Assembly (NCBI GenBank): GCA_041645165.1
Contig: JBAZQN010000010.1
Coordinates: 102-64,101 of the forward strand
Source of the DNA: Patescibacteria group bacterium
GTDB taxonomy: Bacteria; Patescibacteriota; Patescibacteriia; 2-02-FULL-49-11
Length of the DNA stretch: 64,000 nucleotides
Direction: 5' to 3'
This document shows, in pieces, positions 1 to 7,559 of the stretch (positions within the stretch are counted from its first letter, which is position 1; the number at the start of each line of letters is the position of its first letter). The position numbers were made by a program, and so were the translations under genes. Under the pieces are notes generated by a model. The model was not told where the DNA came from. It was given only the letters and a program-made list of their open reading frames with translations, and searched no databases.

Positions 1-164
1 AACAGTTTCTAATGATCTATATCGTAAATGTCGAAAAGATTGATGATTTTTGTGTTTTAACCTTTTAAGGTTTGTATTACAGAAGAATCGATATTTATTT
101 ATAGACCGCTTATATTGTGTATTCTCCTAATTTTTTTAGGTAACTCCTCACTTACCTAAATCTA

Positions 165-272
165 GAAGCGAAGGAATACCAATTTTTCGAGGACTTATGC
201 CTGTAGTCAGGTAGGTATAAGCGCGAGGGTAGTTGGGTCGCGTCCGCAGAAAAATTGTGTATTCCTGAGCGA
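165..272 (+). ncRNA. Conserved ~108-nt structured element (copy 1 of 2) in the 5' leader of clpC; three predicted stems
   Basis: Near-identical copy at 60359-60467 upstream of another + gene. Stem CTTATGCCT/AGGTATAAG is CTTATGCCT/AGGCATAAG in copy 2, a G-C to G-U neutral change. Stem CGCGA/TCGCG has a variable loop. Outer GGAATAC/GTATTCC pairing. Confidence 0.4.
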
Positions 273-346
273 GAAAGAACCTGAGTGAGCAGTCACTTTT
301 TTAGGGATTGACTAATTTTAATAAAACATCATAATAAGACCTATGT

Positions 347-2845
347 ATGACAGAAAACTCCATACTCAATAAATTCACCTCGCACTATCAGCATGTAGTG
401 AGCAATGCCTACCGCTTTGCGATGTATGCTAAGGCCCCCCACATTGAACCGATCCACCTCTTGTGGGGCTTGGTAAGCGAAACAGGATCGCTCGCGCACG
501 AAATCCTGCGAAAAGCAGGCCTTCCCCCTCCTCCCCTCCCGCCGCTTGAGGGGGAGATAAAAAGCGCGCCAAGCTCCGTCTTTGCCCTTCCCATCACCGA
601 TACGGTGAAGGCGGTGATAAAAAAATCAGTGCTGGCCGCTTCCCGCTACCATCACAAATACATCGGCACCGAACATCTGCTTCTTGGCCTTCTCAACAGC
701 AGGGACGCAGTGGTCGAGAGCGCGCTCCAAGACCATCGGATTACCATCCCTGCGCTCAAGAAACACGTCGCGCTCGTAATGAAATCCACCTCGCGCTTCC
801 CGGATCTCACCCAGGCAATCTCCCGCGATGAAATGGAAGACGAAGAAGATGAAACCCGCACCCATTCGTCGAAAACAAAAACGCCTGCATTGGATTTTTT
901 TGCCAATGAGCTGACCTCCGTTGCCGCGCAGGTGCGCCTAGATCCCGTCATAGGCCGCGCAAAAGAAATCAACCGCATCATCCAAATCCTTTCCCGAAAG
1001 ACAAAAAATAATCCTATCCTCCTCGGCGACCCCGGGGTGGGAAAAACAGCGATTGTGGAAGGGCTGGCAAAACGCATCTGGGAGGGTAATGTGCCAGATC
1101 TCCTTCTGCGCAAACGCATTTACAGCCTCGACCTTACCCTCCTGGTCGCCGGCACGATGTACCGCGGCGAGTTTGAATCGCGCATCAAGCAAGTGCTCGA
1201 TGAAGTGCGCGCCGATCCCAATATCATCCTTTTCATCGACGAGATCCATAATATTATCGGCGCAGGGTCGGCCTCCGGGTCGCTCGATGCGGCGAATATC
1301 CTGAAACCCGCGCTCGCGCGGGGGGAAATACACTGCATCGGCGCGACGACGTATGAGGAGTACAAACAGCACCTTGAAACCGATCCTGCCCTTGAGCGGC
1401 GTTTCCAGGCGGTGCAGGTAAGTGAGCCATCGGTCGATGAAACCGTAGAAATTCTCAAAGGAGTAAAGGCATCCTATGAAACGCATCACCATGTGAGCGT
1501 CGAAGACGACGCATTAACGGCGGCCGCGCACCTCTCCGCGCAATATCTGCCTGAAAAACGCCTTCCGGACAAGGCAATCGACCTGGTGGACGAAGCATCC
1601 GCCATGAAACGCATAAGCGGTTCAGAAAACCCCTATTTGCGCGAATTGCGGACAAAAGAATCGGCCTTCGAGGCGGTGAAGAAGGAAAAAGAGGAAGCGG
1701 TGAAGAAGGAAAATTTTCCCCTTGCGCTCCAGAAAAAAGAAGAAGAAAGAGCCATTGCCGCAGCTATTGCAGATTTGCATAAAAATGAACAAAACCGCGA
1801 ATCAAGCGCTTTGCGCTACGGTAACGTGACCCGGGAAGATATTATCCACGTGCTTTCCGACATTACCGGAATCCCCTTGGGACGGATTGAAGAGGAAGAG
1901 CGGGGCCACCTGTTAAATCTGGAAACGCTCCTTACTGAGCGGATTATTGGCCAGGAAGAAGCGCTCCATGAAGTGGCAAACTTTATCCGGCGTTCGCGCG
2001 CCGGCTTATCCGGCGACAAGCGCCCCTTGGGTTCATTCATTTTCCTCGGGCCTTCTGGGGTAGGGAAGACGGAAACCGCGAAAGTGCTCGCGGAAGTGGT
2101 GTTCCGCGATCCGGAAGCGTTCATAAGATTCGACATGTCGGAATTCAGCGAAAGCTTCAATATCTCCAAACTTATCGGCGCGCCCGCAGGCTACGTAGGG
2201 TATAGGGAGGGCGGAAAACTCACCGAACTCGTCAGGCGCAAGCCCTATTCAGTCATTCTCCTGGATGAAATAGAGAAAGCGCACCCCGATATATTCAATC
2301 TCTTCCTCTCGATCCTTGATGACGGTTTTCTGACCGATGCGACCGGGCGAAGAGTAAATTTCCGGAATACTATTATCATCATGACCTCGAACATCGGGCT
2401 CTCCTTGTTTAACGCGAATGCCTCGCTTGGGTTCTCGTCTGCAGACGCGAAACGCGGAACCGTATATGAAGAAACGAAAATGCGGGTGTTGGGCGAACTG
2501 CATGAACGGTTTCGCGCCGAATTTTTAAACCGCATCGACCGTATCATGGTCTTCCGCCCTTTAAACACCGCATCGCTTAAAACAATCGCCGAACAGCAGC
2601 TCCGCCAAATCCAAGCGCGCCTCGCCAAACAATCCATTACGCTCACATGGGATAAAAAAGCAGCCGATCTCATCACGAAGCTTTCCCAGAGTCCCAACGA
2701 GGGCGCGAGAAAAATTTCACGGGTTTTAAGGCAACACGTGGAGGACGCGCTCACCGATCTTTTGCTTAACAGTAAAGCGCGCACCGGCTCGGTGATCCGC
2801 CTTACTGTACGAAAAGACGCTATCGCGCTTGTGAGCTCCAAGTAA
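347..2845 (+). CDS. clpC: ATP-dependent Clp protease ATP-binding subunit (ClpC-type AAA+ chaperone)
   Basis: 832-aa ORF. Clp_N repeats. Two Walker A motifs ([16 protein letters not shown]). Short middle linker. LGF ClpP-docking tripeptide (NASLGFSS). Confidence 0.85.
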   Translation: MTENSILNKFTSHYQHVVSNAYRFAMYAKAPHIEPIHLLWGLVSETGSLAHEILRKAGLPPPPLPPLEGEIKSAPSSVFALPITDTVKAVIKKSVLAASRYHHKYIGTEHLLLGLLNSRDAVVESALQDHRITIPALKKHVALVMKSTSRFPDLTQAISRDEMEDEEDETRTHSSKTKTPALDFFANELTSVAAQVRLDPVIGRAKEINRIIQILSRKTKNNPILLGDPGVGKTAIVEGLAKRIWEGNVPDLLLRKRIYSLDLTLLVAGTMYRGEFESRIKQVLDEVRADPNIILFIDEIHNIIGAGSASGSLDAANILKPALARGEIHCIGATTYEEYKQHLETDPALERRFQAVQVSEPSVDETVEILKGVKASYETHHHVSVEDDALTAAAHLSAQYLPEKRLPDKAIDLVDEASAMKRISGSENPYLRELRTKESAFEAVKKEKEEAVKKENFPLALQKKEEERAIAAAIADLHKNEQNRESSALRYGNVTREDIIHVLSDITGIPLGRIEEEERGHLLNLETLLTERIIGQEEALHEVANFIRRSRAGLSGDKRPLGSFIFLGPSGVGKTETAKVLAEVVFRDPEAFIRFDMSEFSESFNISKLIGAPAGYVGYREGGKLTELVRRKPYSVILLDEIEKAHPDIFNLFLSILDDGFLTDATGRRVNFRNTIIIMTSNIGLSLFNANASLGFSSADAKRGTVYEETKMRVLGELHERFRAEFLNRIDRIMVFRPLNTASLKTIAEQQLRQIQARLAKQSITLTWDKKAADLITKLSQSPNEGARKISRVLRQHVEDALTDLLLNSKARTGSVIRLTVRKDAIALVSSK

Positions 2846-2847
2846 AC

Positions 2848-2899
2848 TAAGGAAACCACCCCCCTCCCTTCCTTTATAAGGAGTGGACAAGGGGAGGTC
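2848..2899 (+). repeat. Short variant of a conserved leader motif (TAAGGAAACCACCCC...CCTTCC...AAGGAG..GGGGAGGTCTC)
   Basis: Shares ends with 6448-6530 and with the reverse complement of 12887-12955. All three copies sit 5' of and co-oriented with the next gene. Confidence 0.4.
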
Positions 2900-2906
2900 T
2901 CAATAA

Positions 2907-3641
2907 TTAAATTCCAATACGAAATATAATTCTCTCTTTGATACCCTCCTCAACCTCATCACGCCCCGCGAATGCTTCCAATGCGGGAGCGTAGGCGCGT
3001 GGCTGTGCGCGCGGTGCACCGCGTCTCTTCCTCTGCTCCACCCAATCCCCTGCCCGGTATGCCAGCGCCCCACCACGGCGGGAAGCGCGCATATCCAATG
3101 CAGAAAAAATCTGGGATTAGAAGGCTGCCTGTTGGCTGCCAATCTTTCCCATAAAACCATGGAACTTTTGCTCTATGGATTGAAATACCACGGATTGAAA
3201 TCAGCGGCCATACCCTGTGCGCGTCTGCTTGCGCGCGCGCTCACGGAAAACTACTCTTTATCAGAGCGCCCGGTCTCCGCAGCCTTCTGCCCTATTCCTC
3301 TCCATCCACAGCGCGAGAGGGAACGCGGCTATAACCAAGCACGCTTGATCGGCAAGGCACTCTCGCATGAGCTTTCGCTTCCCCTTCGAGAGCTCCTTAT
3401 CCGCACACGCGCAACTAAGGATCAGGTGAAATTAAACCGCGCACAGCGGCTCCTCAACCTTGACGGCGCATTCGAACCGCAGCAAGATGCCATTCTGCAG
3501 GAACAGGTCGTGTTTCTTATTGATGACGTGGTCACCAGCGGCGCGACGCTGCATGCCGCGGCATCCGCCCTTCGGAAACAGTGGCCGCATTTACAAATCT
3601 GGGGACTGGCGGTGGCATACCATGCGCATGGAAACAATTAA
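2907..3641 (+). CDS. comF: ComF family protein (phosphoribosyltransferase domain with N-terminal zinc finger); start codon unresolved
   Basis: PRTase motif LIDDVVTSGATL. In-frame upstream region encodes LLNLITPRECFQCG...CARC...CPVC (ComF zinc finger). There is no ATG/GTG/TTG in frame before the TTG at 3132. Confidence 0.6.
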   Translation, partial: LNSNTKYNSLFDTLLNLITPRECFQCGSVGAWLCARCTASLPLLHPIPCPVCQRPTTAGSAHIQCRKNLGLEGCLLAANLSHKTMELLLYGLKYHGLKSAAIPCARLLARALTENYSLSERPVSAAFCPIPLHPQRERERGYNQARLIGKALSHELSLPLRELLIRTRATKDQVKLNRAQRLLNLDGAFEPQQDAILQEQVVFLIDDVVTSGATLHAAASALRKQWPHLQIWGLAVAYHAHGNN

Positions 3642-4052
3642 TTCTTAACTTTGTAATAAACTTGCCCAGTATATCAACATCCAACGCCACACGTGACGCG
3701 GATGGTAGTGTACTCTTGTATGGTTGCGAACTTGTAGTGTTGGTGCACAATCTTGTGTGAAGATAACGTGTGGCGATCGGTGAGGGAGGCGTGAAGGTAC
3801 ATCTCGACGTTCTTACCAGACCCTTCTATCTCATCATTATTTACTACTCATAAGTTTATGCCTCCCTCTTGGATGTTGTATTATCTGGGCTTGATTATTG
3901 TGAGATAATTTCGTATCCTTTCCCTGCTGGTTCTTTAACGCGGAGAAATGGCTGAATGCCAGTCAAAGACATCCGGCGGGCGTTCATAGACGCCCGGGCG
4001 ACACGAAACCTCAAATTTTATATTGCGAGGCATCGCCCGAACAAATTATATG

Positions 4053-4138
4053 GAGAGGTGGCTGAGTGGCCGAAAGCGGCGCCGTGCTAAGGCGTTAGGG
4101 ATGCAAGTCCCTCGTGGGTTCGAATCCCACCCTCTCCG
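4053..4138 (+). tRNA. tRNA-Ser (anticodon GCU), long variable arm
   Basis: Cloverleaf readable. Acceptor GGAGAGG/CCTCTCC. Anticodon loop GTGCTAA. T-loop GGTTCGAATCC. Long extra arm. Confidence 0.8.
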
Positions 4139-4290
4139 AATGAGTTTACGAATGAGGAAAGAGTTCCGCAACTGCTTGCGTGGCGTGTGGAATGAGAAAG
4201 GTTTGGCGATGTGCGCGAAGCGGAATCTTTACCCCGATGCATATCGGGGCCACCCTCTCCGAATTTGAAAATTATAAAATTAAAACACAT

Positions 4291-4378
4291 GGAGGGGTCG
4301 CATAGCGGTTTAGTGCACCGGTCTTGAAAACCGGAGTACCGCAAGGTACCGTGAGTTCGAATCTCACCCCCTCCGCCA
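4291..4378 (+). tRNA. tRNA-Ser (anticodon UGA), long variable arm, CCA encoded
   Basis: Acceptor GGAGGGG/CCCCTCC. Anticodon stem CCGGT/ACCGG with loop CTTGAAA. T-loop GTTCGAATC. 3' GCCA. Confidence 0.8.
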
Positions 4379-4406
4379 GACTTCGCCAAGGCTACGTCTA
4401 GGCTAG
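4363..4406 (+). repeat. 44-bp perfect direct repeat (copy 1) that includes the 3' end of tRNA-Ser(UGA); att-like
   Basis: CTCACCCCCTCCGCCAGACTTCGCCAAGGCTACGTCTAGGCTAG recurs exactly at 4705-4748. The repeats bracket the GIY-YIG ORF. Confidence 0.7.
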
Positions 4407-4438
4407 CCTGAAGCCTTGAATAAAATAAATAAAGTGAT

Positions 4439-4699
4439 ATGTTTTATACTTACATACTCAAAGAGAAACAAAAACATCATTTCTATGTTGGTTCGTCGAA
4501 TGATCTGAATGAACGCCTTCAAGAACACGCACAAGGATTAACAAGATCAACAAGAGGAAGGGTGTGGAATCTGTATTGTTATTTCGCATTCCCAAGTGAA
4601 ACGCTTGCAAGAAAATTTGAACAATATTTAAAGACTGGATCTGGAAGAGCTTTTGCCAAACGGCATTTTGAATTTCAAGTTGACGAAGCTTTAGCGTAG
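4439..4699 (+). CDS. GIY-YIG nuclease family protein (COG2827-like small ORF)
   Basis: 86 aa. MFYTYILKEK..FYVGSSNDLNERLQEH. Lies between the 44-bp direct repeats. Confidence 0.7.
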   Translation: MFYTYILKEKQKHHFYVGSSNDLNERLQEHAQGLTRSTRGRVWNLYCYFAFPSETLARKFEQYLKTGSGRAFAKRHFEFQVDEALA

Positions 4700-4704
4700 T
4701 CACT

Positions 4705-4748
4705 CTCACCCCCTCCGCCAGACTTCGCCAAGGCTACGTCTAGGCTAG
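4705..4748 (+). repeat. 44-bp direct repeat (copy 2)
   Basis: Identical to 4363-4406. Confidence 0.7.
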
Positions 4749-4851
4749 TACCGTATCTCGTTAACGTCCCATAGTGATCCGCTTCCAGATTTTATTAAAA
4801 CTCAAGCTGAAAGGCGTATTTCCCGCTATGGGAGACCAAAGAGATACGGCA
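4749..4851. mobile_element. ~103-bp palindromic MITE-like insertion with ~25-bp terminal inverted repeats, nested in the repeat-2 flank; possible CTAG duplication
   Basis: TACCGTATCTCGTTAACGTCCCATAG ... CTATGGGAGACCAAAGAGATACGGCA. The flanking homology (CTAG CCTGAAGCCTTGAATAAA versus CTAG TCTGTAGCCTTGAATAAA) resumes after the insert. Confidence 0.5.
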
Positions 4852-4955
4852 CTAGTCTGTAGCCTTGAATAAATAAAGCGCATCCGCCAATGAGGGAACA
4901 TAACCTCATATGAAGAAGAAACATACGGATGAATCGAATATGGTATACTGGAAAC

Positions 4956-6167
4956 ATGAAAAAATTCATGTTTTTCTTTTTTATTTTTGCGGCTTTTTTT
5001 GACACAGGAACGCGCGCGGAAGCGGCAGAGACGCTCGCGGAGCGCTTACGCGGGCGCATTCTCCTGCAAGTCGAGAGCTATGGCAGAGCATGGTATGTGA
5101 ATCCGGCGGATGGGACGCGGTATTATCTCAAGGACGGAGAAACCGCGTTTGAACTTATGCGCTCATTCGGGCTGGGGATTACGGACCGCGATCTCGCAAA
5201 AATTCCCATTGCACGCGGGCAGGCGGCGGATCGCACATTGGCAGCCCGGCTCTCAGGGCGCATTCTCCTGCAGGTGGAAAAGCGCGGAGAAGCGTGGTAT
5301 GTGAACCCTTCAGATGGCCTGCGCTATTACCTGCAAGACGGAAATGCGGCGTATGCGCTCATGCGCCAATTTGGGCTGGGGATAAAAGACAAGGACTTGC
5401 GGAAGATTGAAATGAACGATGTGCAGATCGTGCAAGATACTACGTTTGATGACGTGGCGTATGTGAAACTCTCGGGAGGCGACATTGTCGCGGAAAAACA
5501 CCAAAACCAAATCCTCCCTCCTGCTTCGCTCACGAAACTCATGACCGCACTCGTGCTTATCGACCATGATTTTGATTTTCACCGGACGCTAACCCTAACC
5601 GCCGATGCCCTTGCCTTCCCCAAGGCGCTCGTGGGCGACGATACCACCAGCGAGATTGAACTTGAAGCGGGAGACCAGGTGCAGGCCGACGATCTGTTTA
5701 TCGCCATGCTGGTGGCGTCTTCCAACCAGGCGGCGATTGCCTTGGTGGATGCGAGCGGCATGACGCGCGAGGAGTTTATCGCCGCCATGAACGCGCGCGC
5801 GAAAGCCATGGGATTGACGCGCACCCGCTTCTTTGATCCGGCGGGGCTCGACGCGCATACCGTCACGACGCCCTATGAAATGGCGCTCATTGCGCAAGAG
5901 GCGTTTCTCGCGCCGGAAATCTTTGCGGCCGCGCGGCAAGATGCGCATACCATTACCATGCAGCAGCCGCCGTACCGTTCATTGTTTGTCACTGACCGCA
6001 ATACCACGCTGAAGCCCTACCATCCTGACGCAGTAAAAGTCGGATTTCTCATCGAAGCCCAGCGCTGCGTGGCGTTGATGAAGGACGGCGATATTGTCGT
6101 GATCATGCATGCGCGGAGCATGAGCGAGAGAAACGGCATACTGAACAAGCTGCTCAGCCGCGAATGA
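4956..6167 (+). CDS. Serine-type D-Ala-D-Ala carboxypeptidase (peptidase S11) with a duplicated N-terminal ~55-aa domain
   Basis: Signal peptide MKKFMFFFFIFAAFF. SxxK (SLTKLMTA). SSN. Tandem repeat RLxGRILLQVE..G.AWYVNP.DG.RYYL.DG twice. Confidence 0.75.
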   Translation: MKKFMFFFFIFAAFFDTGTRAEAAETLAERLRGRILLQVESYGRAWYVNPADGTRYYLKDGETAFELMRSFGLGITDRDLAKIPIARGQAADRTLAARLSGRILLQVEKRGEAWYVNPSDGLRYYLQDGNAAYALMRQFGLGIKDKDLRKIEMNDVQIVQDTTFDDVAYVKLSGGDIVAEKHQNQILPPASLTKLMTALVLIDHDFDFHRTLTLTADALAFPKALVGDDTTSEIELEAGDQVQADDLFIAMLVASSNQAAIALVDASGMTREEFIAAMNARAKAMGLTRTRFFDPAGLDAHTVTTPYEMALIAQEAFLAPEIFAAARQDAHTITMQQPPYRSLFVTDRNTTLKPYHPDAVKVGFLIEAQRCVALMKDGDIVVIMHARSMSERNGILNKLLSRE

Positions 6168-6447
6168 CAAACCGTTTAAGACGACTGCGGCCGCAAGATA
6201 TCCCACCGCGCCCTTGCACCTTGAGACAGTAGAAGAACTCAAACGATGGTAGCTATTTTTCGACCTTCGGAAATTTTAAGCCCTTATTACACGATTTAAA
6301 CGACTCGTTTTCTTGAAAAAGCATTCTCAAAAGTATTGTTCTACAGTCTCACCTTATAATCCTCTTTTTACATACCCTGCGGTGGCGCCCTGGACAGCTA
6401 ACGAATGAAGAAAACTTGCCGCCTGGGTAAAAATCTACTACAGTGAA

Positions 6448-6530
6448 TTAAGGAAACCACCCCATCCCCTTCCCGCGTCAAGCTCGGGACAGGCTCTTAG
6501 TAAGGAGGGGACGTGAGGGAAGGTCTCTGT
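6448..6530 (+). repeat. Conserved ~80-nt leader element, full-length copy
   Basis: The 45-nt core is near-identical to the reverse complement of 12887-12940. Contains AAGGAGG followed by a 13-codon GTG-initiated mini-ORF. Confidence 0.45.
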
Positions 6531-6600
6531 GATGTGATTGAAATTCCGATGTAATGAGTTTTGGAAAATAACGATCATTATTTAATAAACACGCAGCCTT

Positions 6601-7089
6601 ATGGTAAATGACAACCCCGCGCCATTCTCTTATCCCCTCACGTGGTCCTTCCCGGAGTACCCGAAACATGAGAGAACCGCAGGATGGTTCATCATTGCGG
6701 TACTCATCGGCGGTGCGCTCTTCGCATATGCGCTCCTCACAGGCAATTATTTGTTCGCCAGCATCATTATATTCATATCGCTCATCATCGCCCTCCAGCA
6801 CTTCCGCCATCCCCTCACTATTGATTTTGCCATCACTGAGGACGGCATCAGCCTTGCCGGGAAAGCGCTGCCTTGGAAAGATATTAAGTCATTCTGGATG
6901 ATCTACGAACCGCCAGAGGTAAAAACACTTTACTTCACCTTCAAAGGGCTGCGCCCCACCCTGAAGATCCCCATTGCCGAGCAAAATCCCCTCCACATCC
7001 GCGAAGCGCTCAACCCTTATGCGGAAGAAGACCTGGAGCAAGAAAATGAATCGTTTTCAGATGCAGTGGGAAGGATGTTCAAATTGTGA
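6601..7089 (+). CDS. Hypothetical membrane protein (two TM helices)
   Basis: 162-aa ORF with a hydrophobic segment FIIAVLIGGALFAYALL...IIIFISLIIAL. Confidence 0.45.
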   Translation: MVNDNPAPFSYPLTWSFPEYPKHERTAGWFIIAVLIGGALFAYALLTGNYLFASIIIFISLIIALQHFRHPLTIDFAITEDGISLAGKALPWKDIKSFWMIYEPPEVKTLYFTFKGLRPTLKIPIAEQNPLHIREALNPYAEEDLEQENESFSDAVGRMFKL

Positions 7090-7090
7090 A

Positions 7091-7150
7091 ATTTTCAATG
7101 CTCAATTTCTCCCCCTACGAGAGATCTCCCGAAGGGAGACAATTTTCAAA
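7091..7150. repeat. ~60-bp intergenic repeat ATTTTCAATGCTCAATTTCTCCCCCTACG.G.GATCTCCCGAAGGGAGACAATTTTCAA (G/C-tract palindrome family)
   Basis: Near-identical at 53201-53260 and, inverted, at 51146-51205. Confidence 0.7.
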
Positions 7151-7245
7151 TAATTCTCAATGCATCAATATTTCAATGTTTGAAAATTGAATCATTGGAG
7201 CATTAATTGTAAATTGAGAATTGGAAATTGAAAATTTTATCATGT

Positions 7246-7317
7246 GCGCCCGTCGTTCAATGGATAGGACACAAGATTGCGGATCTTGTAATGCAGGTTC
7301 AATTCCTGCCGGGCGCA
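7246..7317 (+). tRNA. tRNA-Arg (anticodon GCG)
   Basis: Acceptor GCGCCCG/CGGGCGC. Anticodon stem CAAGA/TCTTG with loop TTGCGGA. T-loop GGTTCAATTCC. Confidence 0.7.
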
Positions 7318-7371
7318 AAAAGTGCGGGGTGAAATTCCCTGCAAGGACAACGATTGGCCTTATAATGATAG

Positions 7372-7400
7372 AAACCCTAGGTAGGGGGTTTTTATTTTTA
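7372..7400 (+). terminator. Probable intrinsic terminator after tRNA-Arg
   Basis: CCCTA-GG-TAGGG hairpin followed by GGTTTTTATTTTTA. Confidence 0.5.
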
Positions 7401-7427
7401 TACTAAAATGCCTGACTAATCGAATTT

Positions 7428-7531
7428 GTCATTCCTGATTTAATCAGGAATCCAGAAACAAAAATACGCAAAAACGTTCGTGGTGTCGGTTTTTATTTTC
7501 TTCTCTGGATTCCCGCTTTCGCGGGAATGAC
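7428..7531. mobile_element. ORF-less hairpin-bounded mini-element (GTCATTCC-hairpin-GGAATCCAGAAA ... TTCTCTGGATTCC-hairpin-GGGAATGAC)
   Basis: Same termini as the GIY-YIG-carrying elements at 15526-15897 and 19158-19612 and as the copy inside tsaC at 44401-44498. The left 25 bp recur at 56306-56330. Confidence 0.6.
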
Positions 7532-7559
7532 GACGGGGAAATCGAAAATGGAGTAGCAG

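Noticed and set aside
409-2859. Numerous ORF-track entries antisense to or overlapping clpC and other long genes (e.g. 938-1492, 2245-2859, 16253-16729, 34947-35687, 61805-62290)
   Set aside because: They lie wholly within well-supported genes on the opposite strand or in other frames. Their low-complexity, Arg/Ser-rich compositions are typical of spurious antisense ORFs.
4291-4378. Second long-arm tRNA as tRNA-Sec
   Set aside because: The anticodon loop CTTGAAA gives anticodon UGA (Ser), not UCA. No 9/4 acceptor/T geometry is evident.
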